DNA from: Chiloscyllium plagiosum
Taxonomy: Eukaryota
Reading direction: 5' to 3'
Length of the DNA stretch: 64,000 nt
Assembly: GCF_004010195.1 (NCBI RefSeq)
Contig: NC_057718.1
Span: 90,811,353 to 90,875,352 of the forward strand
The notes below the pieces were generated by a model. That model searched no databases and had not been told where the DNA came from. It saw nothing but the letters and a program-made list of their open reading frames with translations. The stretch's first letter is position 1, and every line of letters starts with the position of its first letter. Position numbers and translations under genes: made by a program. Positions 49,026 through 60,092 of this stretch are shown here, one piece after another.

Positions 49026-50135
49026 TTTGTTAACAGCTGTTTTAAGGAGTAGGTGTTCTGGTAGTCTCGGAAATATCACAAGACAGAACAATCTGGGAGA
49101 AAATGTGAGAAGGCATCCAAAAGACTTCAGCCAGGTGCTCTGAGTGATGCACTTGCCCGTGGTGTGGTCCAGAACCTGGCTATTTAAGCCGTCTCTGTGA
49201 GGTCAGGCCCAGTGATACAAACTGGACACAGCTGTGGGCTGGCCTTCTGTCCTCTCCATTATGCTACCGGGACCACCTATGTGAGTGACCGCACTGGCCC
49301 ACAAGCTAAAATATGTCACATTTGTCCGATTACCAAATATCGGCCAACGTTTTATAGCCGCTGTTCTCTCAATTCGCCCTTCGACCTTTCTGGTGCAATA
49401 GATGAGATTTTCTTTGGCAAATTGGCTCTGTAGACGTGGGATGTTTATGAACTCCACTTTGAGAATTAATTTGAAAGATTTTAAGATTCATAAATACAGT
49501 ACTGGGTTGAAAGCATCAACATCATTGCAATTAGGGATGGACCTTAGCTTAAAAAGACATCTGTCAAGCTTGATATTGTTACTCATTTGTTCTGCTCACT
49601 CAGATGTTAGTGCTCAGGAATTCTTCCTATACCAGTATCAAGGGGTCCCAGGCAAGACTTAGCATAGGTTCGGTCCAGAGAAGGACCTTGCCTTTAGTCA
49701 TGTTCAAGCTTTGCTCTAGTTTAGTGCAATGAAAAATCAGTTTCTGTTTCACATCCCAGCTCCTCCTATGGGCTCAGATGAACAGTTTCAGGCAGTTTTG
49801 TGTCATGGGGCTCTCACACCGTTTGGACTTGGGTTAAGATGGGACAATCAATAGTCATGCGGTCAACATGAGAAAGTGTCCCCTGCTGGCACTCTAGGTG
49901 GGATTAGACTCCAGTCTGCAGCAGTGAGGGGACTCACCGAGCATCATGATGCAGACCATAAGTAAGGCAAGAATGTAGCAAAGTTTTTCCCCAATGGCAA
50001 TTATGTTGCACCTCTCTAATGCAAGAATAATGCAGGGAGCCAAAGCTTTTGTATGGAGTACTGGGAGGCACAAAGACAGAAGAAGCGAACATAATGTGAA
50101 CAACCAAAATGAATCCATAAAAGGATTCTCTGGTA

Positions 50136-50336
50136 TGATGTAGAGGAGTCGGTATTGGACTGATGCAGACAAAGTTAAAAACCACACAACACTAGGTTAT
50201 AGTCCAACAGGCTTATTTGGAAGGACTAGCTTTCAGAGCGCTGCTCCTTTGTCAGGTGATAAACAAGCAGCACTCCCAATACTAGTGCTTCCAAATAGAC
50301 CTGTTAGACTATAACCTGGTGTTGTGTGGTTTTTAA
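50136..50336. mobile_element. Fold-back Penelope-like insertion, family B (degraded core)
   Basis: Inverted arms similar to 15383-15943. Perfect 11-bp TSD ATTCTCTGGTA at 50125-50135 and 50337-50347. Other family B fragments at about 54248-54328 and 63180-63430. Confidence 0.78.
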
Positions 50337-50427
50337 ATTCTCTGGTAGTTATCTTAGTGCGAACGCCAAAACATAAAGGGTTCAGAATCCTGTGTTCAGT
50401 TACCGAGAGTAATGTGCTCTTGTCTAG

Positions 50428-50542
50428 GTCACGATAATTGGGTACACGCTCGGAATTCCGGATGTTATAATGGGAATCACCTTCCTGGCAGCTGGGACAA
50501 GTGTACCGGATTGCATGGCCAGCCTTATAGTTGCCCGGCAAG
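50428..50542 (+). CDS. SLC24A3: SLC24A3 exon (115 nt), VTIIGYTLGIPDVIMGITFLAAGTSVPDCMASLIVARQ; alpha-2 repeat, first half
   Basis: tctAG / GTaagc, phase 0/1. CaCA alpha-repeat signature G.TFLAAGTSVPD. Confidence 0.97.
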
Positions 50543-51224
50543 GTAAGCAGAGTACAGAGATCAGCACTAAGAGTAATATATTGCCACTTGATTGTTGATT
50601 TAAATGTTCAAACCTGAATTGTACAGCAAGCTGCTTATCTTGGATATAATTTGGTGGAATCAGACAGCTGCTTCTCCATCCACATATTGCAAGGTGCTGC
50701 CCTTGTAGTACATTGCAATGTTCTTCCTTTCTTAGCACTTGTGTATTCATGCTGATCAAAATAAGGAATATCCTGCAGAGAGGACGGAACATTCCTAATC
50801 CCCAAAGCTAGCTTCGAGTTCTCTCCAGCACAGTCCGGTTCTGGGTTTGATCCAAACCACTGCTCCTTCGTTTCCATCTTCAACAGTCCACACAGAAGAC
50901 AACCCACTGCCACGCTGTTGTCAATTTTCACTGAATTAATGCTCACAGCCAAGGCTCACAAAATCCACCCAATTCGAATCCATTTGGGTGAATATTGCTG
51001 CATCCTATCTAAGTTTTGTGTACTTTTAAAACAGTCTAACTTTTAGCTCCTGTCATGTTGCAGGACAATTCTAAATCAGAGCACTGAGACCTGTCCGTAT
51101 CTAAAGCCAGGGTGTGTGCAGGTTTAATGGCAACATTGATTTAAACTTCAGACATCAGCACCAAGGCCTGTTCATACACCCCTAAATAGTCCCCTAAGGC
51201 AGAAAGATAAAATAAAAAGATCTT

Positions 51225-52735
51225 GCCTTGAGATTTTCAGGAAGAGGTTGGCACCGCGGGGAGTGGAGTTTTTTTATTTCCCCCTCCAACTCTATTTTGA
51301 TTTAATCCCTGCCCTCCCCTTCACTGTTTGATCACAAAACACCCTCTGGGAAGAGCACTGCTTGTCACTGGCCACCTGAGTGTTTCTTTTTTTCTGGTGG
51401 TGGAAATTGAATAAAGATTTGTACAGATCTATATGGACTTCAGTAAGGCATTCGGCAAGGTTCCCCATGGGAGACAGAACTGGCTCAAAGGTAGAAGACA
51501 GAGGGTGGTGGTGGAGGGTTGTTTTTCAGACTGGAGGCCTGTGACCAGTGGAGTGCCACAAGGATCGGTGCTGGGTCCTCTACTTTTTGTCATTTACATA
51601 AATGATTTGGATGCGAGCATAAGAGGTTCAGTTAGTAAGTTTGCAGATGGCACCAAAATTGGAGGTGTAGTGCACAGCGAAGAGGGTTACCTCAGATTAC
51701 AATGGGATCTTGACCAGATGAGCCAATGGGTTGAGAAGTGGCAGATGGAGTTTAATTCAGATAAATGCGAGGTGCTGCATTTTGGGAAAGCAAATCTTAT
51801 TAGGACTTATACACTTAATGGTAAGGTCCTAGGGAGTGTTGCTGAACAAAGAAACCTTGGAGTGCAAGTTCATAGCTCCTTGAAAGTGGAGCCGCAGATA
51901 GATAGGATAGTGAAGAAGGTGTTTGGTATGCTTTCCTTTATTGGTCAGAGTATTGAGTACAGGAGTTGGGAGGTCATGTTATGGCTGTACAGGACATTGG
52001 TTAGGCCACAGTTGGAATATTGCGTGCAATTCTGGTCTCCTTCCTATCGGAAAGATGTTGTGAAACTTGAAAGCGTTCAGAAACGATTTACAAGGATGTT
52101 GCCAGGGTTGGAGGATTTGAGCTATAAGGAGAGGCTGAACAGGCTGGGGCTGTTTTCTCTGGAGCATCGGAGGCTGAGGGGTGACCTTATAGAGGTTTAT
52201 AAAATCATGAGGGGCATGGATAGGATAAATAGACAGTCTTTTCCCTGGGGTTGGGGAAGCCAGAACTAGAGGGCATAGGTTTAGGGTGAGAGGGGAAAGA
52301 TATAAAAGAGACCTAAGGGGCAACTTTTTCACACAGAGGGTGGTACGGGTATGGAATGAACTGTCAGAGGAAGTGGTGGAAGCTGGTACAATTGCAAAAT
52401 TTAAAAGGCATCTGGATGGGTATATGAATAGGAAGGGTTTGGAGGGATATGGGCCGTGTGCTGGCAGGTGGGACTAGATTGGGTTGGGATATCTGGTCGG
52501 CATGGACGGGTTGGACCGAAGGGTCTGTTTCCATGCTGTACATCTCTATGACTCTATGACCTGTTGTCTCTCACTGTGTCTTACACTTGCACACACACAA
52601 CATGGGTGCTGGGGTAAATATAAGCACTACCGCAGTTAGGCGGTAGTGTAGGGGTAAAGAAAATAAAAGGAAAACTTAAAGAAAGAAAAGGAAATATAAA
52701 CAGGAGATTAAGAAAAAGAAAAAAAAAGAAAAAAG
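51225..52735 (+). mobile_element. Probable Tx1/L1-like LINE 3' end (about 51225-51425 and 52560-52735) split by a CR1
   Basis: IFRKR.APRGVE-like C-terminus, AATAAA, a 3' hairpin CACTACCGC/GCGGTAGTG and an A-rich tail. Confidence 0.45.
51427..52560 (+). mobile_element. CR1-type LINE, 5'-truncated, with RT core
   Basis: MDFSKAFGKVPH, SGVPQGSVLGPLLFVIYINDL and SKFADGTK (catalytic FADD mutated); frameshift near 52240. Confidence 0.96.
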
Positions 52736-52829
52736 ATCTTGCCACTGGCAAAGGTACATGGGAAGAGATCCGAGAGGCAGATTCAAATATAAACCAAACA
52801 AGTTTCTCAAATACTAGAGTAACGTCATT

Positions 52830-52960
52830 TGGGGTGGCACAGTGGCTCAGTGGTTAGCACTGCTGCCTCACAGCACCAGGGACCCAGGTTCAATTCTAGC
52901 CTCGGGCGACTGTCTGTGTGGAGTTTGCACATTCCCGTAGTCGAGCACTGAGATGGGCTG
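52830..52960 (+). mobile_element. Truncated V-SINE
   Basis: A/B boxes and start of V domain. Confidence 0.85.
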
Positions 52961-54754
52961 AAGGGATGAAATGCATGAAGAATGCCCAATCCGCCCAACT
53001 TACAGGGATGCAGAGATTGTTTGGCCTCAAGAGAAGGATCGAGCATAGGGAGGGGCAAAGCCTGGGAGGTACTTAGACGGGGAAGTGAGAATTGTAAACG
53101 TGCAACAGTAGCCAACATAAGTCAGTAAGCATAAAGATGATAAATGAATGGGACTTGCTGAGATCAGCGAAGGTCTACAGAGATTGGAGGACGTCCAGGA
53201 ATAGTGAAGTCTAGAGGAGAAAAATGTGGGCGAGGTATTCGTTAGCAGACAGGCTGAGCCTGGTAAGTGGACGACTAGGTAAGTGCAAGGTAGAAGTATG
53301 CGGTCTTCATCATGGGGAGGAAATGTTGTCAAAAGTTCCGCTTGGGGGCTCCAATAGGTTGCAAATTGCCTGGGTCAGCCTGAAACAATGGATGAGCTGG
53401 AGAATAAAAATGCAGATGACAGTGCAGACTTGAAGGAGTGGGTTTCCCTGGTTTTCAGGCTGTGTGTGTCAGGGGTGGGGCTTTAAATCAGGAGGGAGCA
53501 GGTTTAGTTCTCTTACACGTCTTTGCTTTTCTCAGCTCATTACATATTCATGTGCGGATAAGGCGCCAAATCTCAAAAGCAAACAGGCAGCAAGCTCTGT
53601 CGCCACCAGATCTTCTGCTTCCATCATCTGTGCGCCATATTGAAAAAGGTCGTCTCAATGGAAATTCGGTCTTTACATCTGGATCAGGGATTCGAGTAGA
53701 TGGAAGTCAAAGGGGCCAAGCATGGACCCTTCAGCAGACTGAGACACAATGGTACAGAGCTGAGAAGAGAGGCCAGCTCTGGAGATGTTCAGGCAACGTT
53801 CTGACAAAAAGAATTAGAATAAAGATAAGGCAGTCCCACTGGTTTACAGAGCAAGGAAGATGTATCTGAGGTGAATGGTGGGATCAATTTTGCAGAAGGC
53901 TACAGAAAGGACGAGGAAGAAACCTACTCCAAGTTCATGGCCGTAATGTGTGAATTTGTGTGATTTTGATATGGATTCTACCAGTGCTCTTACTGAAGTG
54001 GAAACATGATTGGAGAAATTATGATATGGAATTGGAAGCAGTAACATGCATTGCTTTGAGAACACGCGAGGACTTTGAAGATGATGTCACAAATGGAAAT
54101 TGTTTGCAATGACTGAAGAGCCAGGAATCGTTTCAGAAGGAGCAGGGCATGATGGTGATTTTGAAATGGAGGGGACAGTATCTGAGAAAAGAGAACTGAT
54201 TACCACACCCGGTAAAGGTGGTCCAGAAGCGAAGACTGGTAATGTTTCACCCAATGAAGGAGCAGCACTCTGAAAGCTTGTGATTTCAAATAAACCTGTC
54301 GGACGATAACCTGGTGTTGTGTGACTTCTGAGCTTAGACGGGGACAAGGGAAAATAGGAAAGCCAAGGATTCTTGGCTCAGGTAGCGAGGAGAGCTGCTT
54401 TTGGGCGAAGTTATTCTTTCAGAAAGCAGGGATTGGGATTAATGTTGGCAAGGTTCACTGCAATTCACAACATCAGCAAAACAGTTCAGAAAAAGCTTGT
54501 CAATGGCACCAATTTTCTTTCAAAGTAATTAGATATTCTGGAGGGGAATGTAGAGAGTGGTTGTGTTTGTTGATGCACTGGCAGAGTCCAAAAAGACAAG
54601 GTATTAAGAGAAGTAAAAATGACAGGAATCAAAAGCAGTGCATTCATGTCTAAAACAGCAACCTGTTCCACACAAATAGACACAGTGGAGGTTCAGGTTA
54701 CATAGATATGAGCTGGAAACTGAGGTTCCGGAGAGGATGATATTGGAGGATGGA

Positions 54755-55255
54755 GCATTAAAGATAGTGAGGACAGCTGAGAGGATCATCAGGGTCTCTC
54801 TCCCCTCCATTACAGACACTTACACCACATGCAGCATCCGAAAGGCTAATAAGAGCATTGTGGAAGACACCACACACCCCTTTTTCAAATGCTTCTCCCT
54901 TCTGCCATCTGGCAGAAGATACCGGAGCATTCAGTCTCTCATGGTCAGTCTGTGCAACAGTCTCTTCCCCCAAGCCATCAGACTCCTTACCTTATGGTCG
55001 GATTGTTCCCATCTGAAATTCTTTGCACAATTTCAAATTGCTGCTAGAACAATGTCTATTAATTGCCATTCTTATTATTACACTGTAACTTGCGTGTTTT
55101 GCACTTCTTATGCACTTTATGCTGCCCTGTGTATGATCGTGTAGTTTGTCCTGTCCACGCAGCACCTTGGTCCTGGAGGAACGCCGTCTCGTTTTTTACT
55201 GAATTAGTTGTATATGGCAGAAATGACAAACAAAAGCTTCTCTGCTCTTTACTCT
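54755..55255 (+). mobile_element. Rex1/Babar-like LINE 3' end
   Basis: VRTAERII.VSLPSI...HP....FSLLPSGRRYRSI.....LCNSLFPQAIRLL. Confidence 0.78.
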
Positions 55256-55733
55256 GAAGTCAGAAGACCTTAACTGGCTAAAGAAAAGGAAGCAGAGGGT
55301 CATTTCAAGAGATGTTCAATTATTCTGGGGTTGGGGAACGGTGTTGAGTAGGATACTGGGAGTCTGTGCTGACTGCTATTCCTAATGCACATAATGATCT
55401 AGAATTGTAATATCACTGCAAAATTGTTAGATTTGCACAAGGCATCAATCCAGGAGATATTGTGTACTTACAGGAGGCAGCCGGAATCTTACAAAGCCAA
55501 GATGGAGGCTTCGCTCCAATAGCAAACCATGATCTGCACAAGATAATGTACGTTTTGAGTAAAAATGGATGGTGTGTGTTCTCTGTCCATGGGTTAGACC
55601 TTAATAAGGGGAAGTGAAAGAAATATTCCAATCATTGACTGGTTCAGCACTCAACATGTCCAAAAAGTATGAGGTAACAGCAAAAGAGTGAATAGAGTGT
55701 TGGATAACGAATGACATCTTCTGATCTTCACAG

Positions 55734-55846
55734 GCATGGGAGATATGGCAGTATCTAATTCTATAGGAAGCAATGTCTTCGACATCTTGATGGGGCTTGG
55801 CCTACCCTGGACTATAAAAACAATTATGGTGAATTACGGCTCATAC
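55734..55846 (+). CDS. SLC24A3: SLC24A3 exon (113 nt), (G)[37 protein letters not shown]; alpha-2 repeat, second half
   Basis: cacAG / GTaagt, phase 1/0. [17 protein letters not shown] motif. Confidence 0.97.
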
Positions 55847-56077
55847 GTAAGTCTTCGGCTGAACCCCTGCGCGGTTATTGAGTGTAAACATATTGCAGTC
55901 TTCACCTCTTTAGCCTGACTTTATTTATCAACTTTCTGAAGTGATACACAGTGCCCAAAATGTAGTATTTGTTTCTTGGACTCTCTAACATTGCACTAAA
56001 CGTGTTGTCCTCCCCGCTTCCCAACTCATAACTCAATCCAATAGTTCACACAATTAAAGCCAGCCTTGGCAATGATC

Positions 56078-56168
56078 CTCCAGATGAAGGGCTTTTGCCC
56101 AAAATGTCAGTTTTTCTTGCTCCTCGGATGCTGCCTGACCTGCTGTGCTTTTCCAGCACCACTCTAAT
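56078..56168 (+). mobile_element. Single family A PLE pLTR fragment
   Basis: TSD CTTG(G/A)CAATGATC at 56065-56077 and 56169-56181; core mutated. Confidence 0.75.
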
Positions 56169-57301
56169 CTTGACAATGATCTGCATATTCCAACAGACTC
56201 TTTCCATTTCGACCTTTGCAAAACTACATGGTCTTCTTTCAGTGTGGGTGTCTTTCCTTCCATTAACACCTTCAACATTAAAATCCCACCAAGAGTCCGC
56301 GACTGCACCAGACAACCCCCACCCAATGATTTTTGCTCTTGATCCATCTTGAACAATTTGGATTATTCAGAAGTGTTAGATGCCGAACAACTAAAGATTA
56401 CTGAAGATGAAAAAGGAGGGAAATTGAAGCACCATGGAAATCCATCTGATGGATACAAGAGCAGCACAGTTGGAGGTGAATAGTTAAAGGTGAATGAGAC
56501 AGTACAAGTCTCCCAGGGTTGGTGATGATTCACCACGGCAGATTCGCCAACTTTGATTAGCCACTGCCAGTTCTCCACCAGCGTTTCTCCACTGTGGTTG
56601 TTTGATCTCTGGAGACTATTTGCCACCGGAAATATATATATGTACTGATTGTTTTCCCTCTCACCTGTTCTTTCATACTTCTCAGTCCCCTTTATTTATC
56701 CGACTACATACTACATACTGATAAAAAAAAGAGGTAAAATAAATATCATTTTATTGGTTTATATATAAAAATGAGTTACAAACTTTAACCAGAAAAAGGA
56801 AATATATTTTTAAAATCTTTATATTGGCAGTAAAATCTCACATTAATATTAAACAATGAAAATTTTTAGTTCATTTGATAGTTATGCGCTATTCCTCTAA
56901 GATATTCCAAAGAATCTCTTTCACCGTATTCAAGAACAATTTTTTTTATTCTATCGTTTGCGTCTCGATTTCTTTTAGCTTTATTTGTGGTGGGTAACCC
57001 GCTATCAGCTGTTCCATATATAAATCACGCCCCTTTTGCACTTTCATTAACGTTCCAATAAATTTCCATATAATTGGGTGGTGAGCTCCGAGTTCAAAAG
57101 CAATTCTCCGATGAGCAGCTTCAGCATGATTATTTGTGCGATCTTCATCGTTTATTGTTGTCTCATAGACCGACCACATATCATGGGGAAACAAAGGTGC
57201 CCTTCGGCTACTGCCATATCTATTTTTCCTCTGCTCCGTTATCCGGCTTATATACTTTGTATCTAATTGGAATCACCAAATGCTGAAGATCAGTAGGGTT
57301 T

Positions 57302-57540
57302 GATTAGATTAGATTACTTACAGTGTGGAAACAGGCCCTTCGGCCCAACAAGTCCACACCGACCCGCCGAAGCGCACCCACCCAGACCCATTCCCCTAAC
57401 ACTACAGGCAATTTAGCGTGGCCAATTCACCTAACCTGCACATTTTTGGAGTGTGGGAGGAAACAGGAGCACCCGGAGGAAACCCACGCAGACACGGGGA
57501 GAATGTGCAAACTCCACACAGTCAGTCGCCTGAGGCGGGG
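57302..57540 (-). mobile_element. HE1-like V-SINE nested in the MULE (first copy, ends at gap)
   Basis: (GATTA)n tail and V domain. Confidence 0.88.
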
Positions 57541-58029
57541 NNNNNNNNNNNNNNNNNNNNNNNNNNNNNNNNNNNNNNNNNNNNNNNNNTTTTTAGTTCA
57601 TTTGATAGTTATGCGCTATTCCTCTAAGATATTCCAAACAATCTCTTTCACCGTATTCAAGAACAATTTTTTTTAATTCTATCGTTTGCGTCTCGATTTC
57701 TTTTAGCTTTATTTGTGGTGGGTAACCCGCTATCAGCTGTTCCATATATAAATCACGCCCCTTTTGCACTTTCATTAACGTTCCAATAAATTTCCATATG
57801 ATTGGGTGGTGAGCTCCGAGTTCAAAAGCAATTCTCCGATGAGCGGCTTCAGCGTGATTATTTGTGCGATCTTCATCGTTTATTGTTGTCTCATAGACCG
57901 ACCACATATCATGGGGAAACAAAGGTGCCCTTCGGCTACTGCCACATCTATTTTTCCTCTGCTCCGTTATCCAGCTTATATACTTTTTTTCTAATTGGAA
58001 TCACCAAATGCTGACGATCAGTAGGGTTT

Positions 58030-58292
58030 GATTAGATTAGATTACTTACAGTGTGGAAACAGGCCCTTCGGCCCAACAAGTCCACACCGACCCGCCGAAG
58101 CGCACCCACCCAGACCCATNNNNNNNNNNNNNNNNNNNNNNNNNNNNNNNNNNNNNNNCACGGGGAGAATGTGCAAACTCCACACAGTCGGTCGCCTGAG
58201 GCGGGAATTGAACCCGGGTCTCTGGCACTGTGAGGCAGCAGTGCTAACCACTGTGCCACCGTGCCGCCCACAAGTGCCACCGTGACGCCCAC
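58030..58292 (-). mobile_element. HE1-like V-SINE nested in the MULE (second copy)
   Basis: Same insertion junction (cagtagggttt-gattag) as the first copy. Confidence 0.88.
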
Positions 58293-59808
58293 TTATAGTG
58301 GCGCTAAACTAATATCATTCCTTTTTCGTCGAATTATTTTCTTCATGCTGCTTGTCGTCGGTAAAGACGCTAGGAGTGACTGAGGGACATCAGCTACACA
58401 TTCGTTAATAAAAACACTAGGTACTTCCTGTGATTCTTCTGCACGACGTTTTAAACTTGTTTTCACTTTCGTAACTTAGACACTTGCTGCGGAAGGAGAA
58501 TGTGTGTGTCCATTTGTTGTTTTTATCACAGTGCCACTCTTGGTGTCGATCCGTCCATTACATCGGCCCTTTTGTTTACATCGCCAAAACTTAAAACTCG
58601 AATCACTCTTGGATAGTTTATCAAAAACATATATAAAATCATCATGGTAAAACTTCTTGTTTCCACGATTACTAATAATTTCTGTTTCCATTTTGAAGAC
58701 TTGAGGGTAAATGGGAAAAAAATACAAGCTTAAAAGAAGGGCAAAGGGCAGTGGCTAATCATCGGCAGTGAATCTGCTTATTTGCGGAATCGTCTTCAGT
58801 GGCCAATGGGCGGTGGTTAAGTGTCCTCGGTGGTCTAAGGGCAGTGGCTAATCGTCGGCAGCGAATGGTCCCAACACAGTCTCCCATCTCCTCCTTTCCT
58901 CGCTGCCTGCTCCCAAACCAGAGACACAGAATATCATCATTTCACAAGTGTCTGGACACCCCAGCTGGTCACTGAAACTAACTAAGACTTTCCAAATAGC
59001 ACCAGTTCATTTGGCAGGTCACCTGGGATACTAACAACAATTCACCTGCACAGACATCTGAGAATGTCTTTGGCCAGATCGGTAAAGCTGTGAACCGAAC
59101 TCTCAAAGAGCTGCCGCATAGCCGGAATTTCAGACTCATTGAGGGATACGTCAGACAAACACAGGCTTAAGCACTCGACAGAAAGAAAACCAGAAGAATT
59201 GTGGATGCTGGAAATCTGAAGCAAAACCAGAAATTGCTGGAAAATCTCAGCATCGGTGGAGTGAAATTCGCGTTAACATTTCGGGCCCTGTAACCCTTCC
59301 TCATAACGTACGGAAGCACTGGCCATTGAAAAATCCAAGGCAGTTAGTCATTTCTGAAGCTTAGATGGAGGAAAACCCAACATAGCAGACGCCAAGGGAA
59401 GAGTCCAGAACATCGAAGAATCCTCTGGCCAATTCTCCTGCACCTAGGACCTTCCAAAATCATCCATTTCAATTCGAGGGTTCCCCTGCAGTTAAATAAA
59501 TTTTCACCCCAGAAATGTTGGACCAGTTAAAACCCAGCTTAACCCTGAAGTAACTATTAAACTGACCCTGAATCTGTCACATTAACCCCCTACAAGCTCC
59601 AGACCCTGATACAGCCCTGCCCCACAACCATGGACCCTACACCCACTCTCACCTCTGGACCTAATTCCTCTTTCCACCTGACCTGACAACTTGCACCACA
59701 CTTACCTTTTACCTTACCCATCCAGCACCCTACAGTCCTGGCACCTGATACAACTGGCACCCTAACTTCACAGTTATGCAGTTAGCCTTTCCCAGGAGTT
59801 GTCAAAGT

Positions 59809-60092
59809 AATGAATTTTGAGAAGATTTGTAGCTCTGGTTGAGGCTCTGGATATAAGTTTGCTCGCTGGGCTGGAAGGTTCGTTTTCAGATGTTCTGTCA
59901 CCGTACTAGGTTACATCATCAGTGAGAGTCTCCGGTGAAGCACCGGTGTTATGTCCCGCTTCCCTAAACACATAAATAGAAAGCAGGACATAACACCAGT
60001 GCTTTGCTGGAGGCTTACTGATGATGTTACCTAGTATGGTGACGAAACGTCTGGAAACAAACCTTCCAGCTCAGCAAGCAAACCTACATCCA
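59809..60092. mobile_element. Fold-back Penelope-like insertion, family D
   Basis: Inverted arms at about 59845-59962 and 59978-60095. TSD-like GAG(T/C)TGTCAAAGT at 59796-59808 and 60093-60105. A fragment of the same family lies at about 60875-60925. Confidence 0.75.
60015..60054 (+). ncRNA. Minimal hammerhead ribozyme motif, family D
   Basis: tta-CTGATGA-T-GTTACC-tagtat-GGTGAC-GAAA-C-GTC-tgg. Confidence 0.75.

Larger units (their letters stand above)
56516..58877 (-). mobile_element. Mutator-like (MULE) DNA transposon with FLYWCH domain, internally deleted and non-autonomous
   Basis: 9-bp TSD AGTCTCCCA at 56507-56515 and 58878-58886. Imperfect inverted termini, with GATTAGCCACTGCC inverted subterminally. 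N-terminal FWRCKQKGRC...GHTH and C-terminal PLFP..MWSVY......RTNNHAEAAH. Confidence 0.88.

Noticed and set aside
47679..49091. Long ORFs of 332-470 aa, and similar ones at 13718-14389 and 28702-29333
   Set aside because: Artefacts of N gaps and CA/TG microsatellites.
51433..52269. 278-aa ORF as an active RT or host gene
   Set aside because: 5'-truncated CR1 with an internal deletion, FADD mutated to FADG, and a frameshift.
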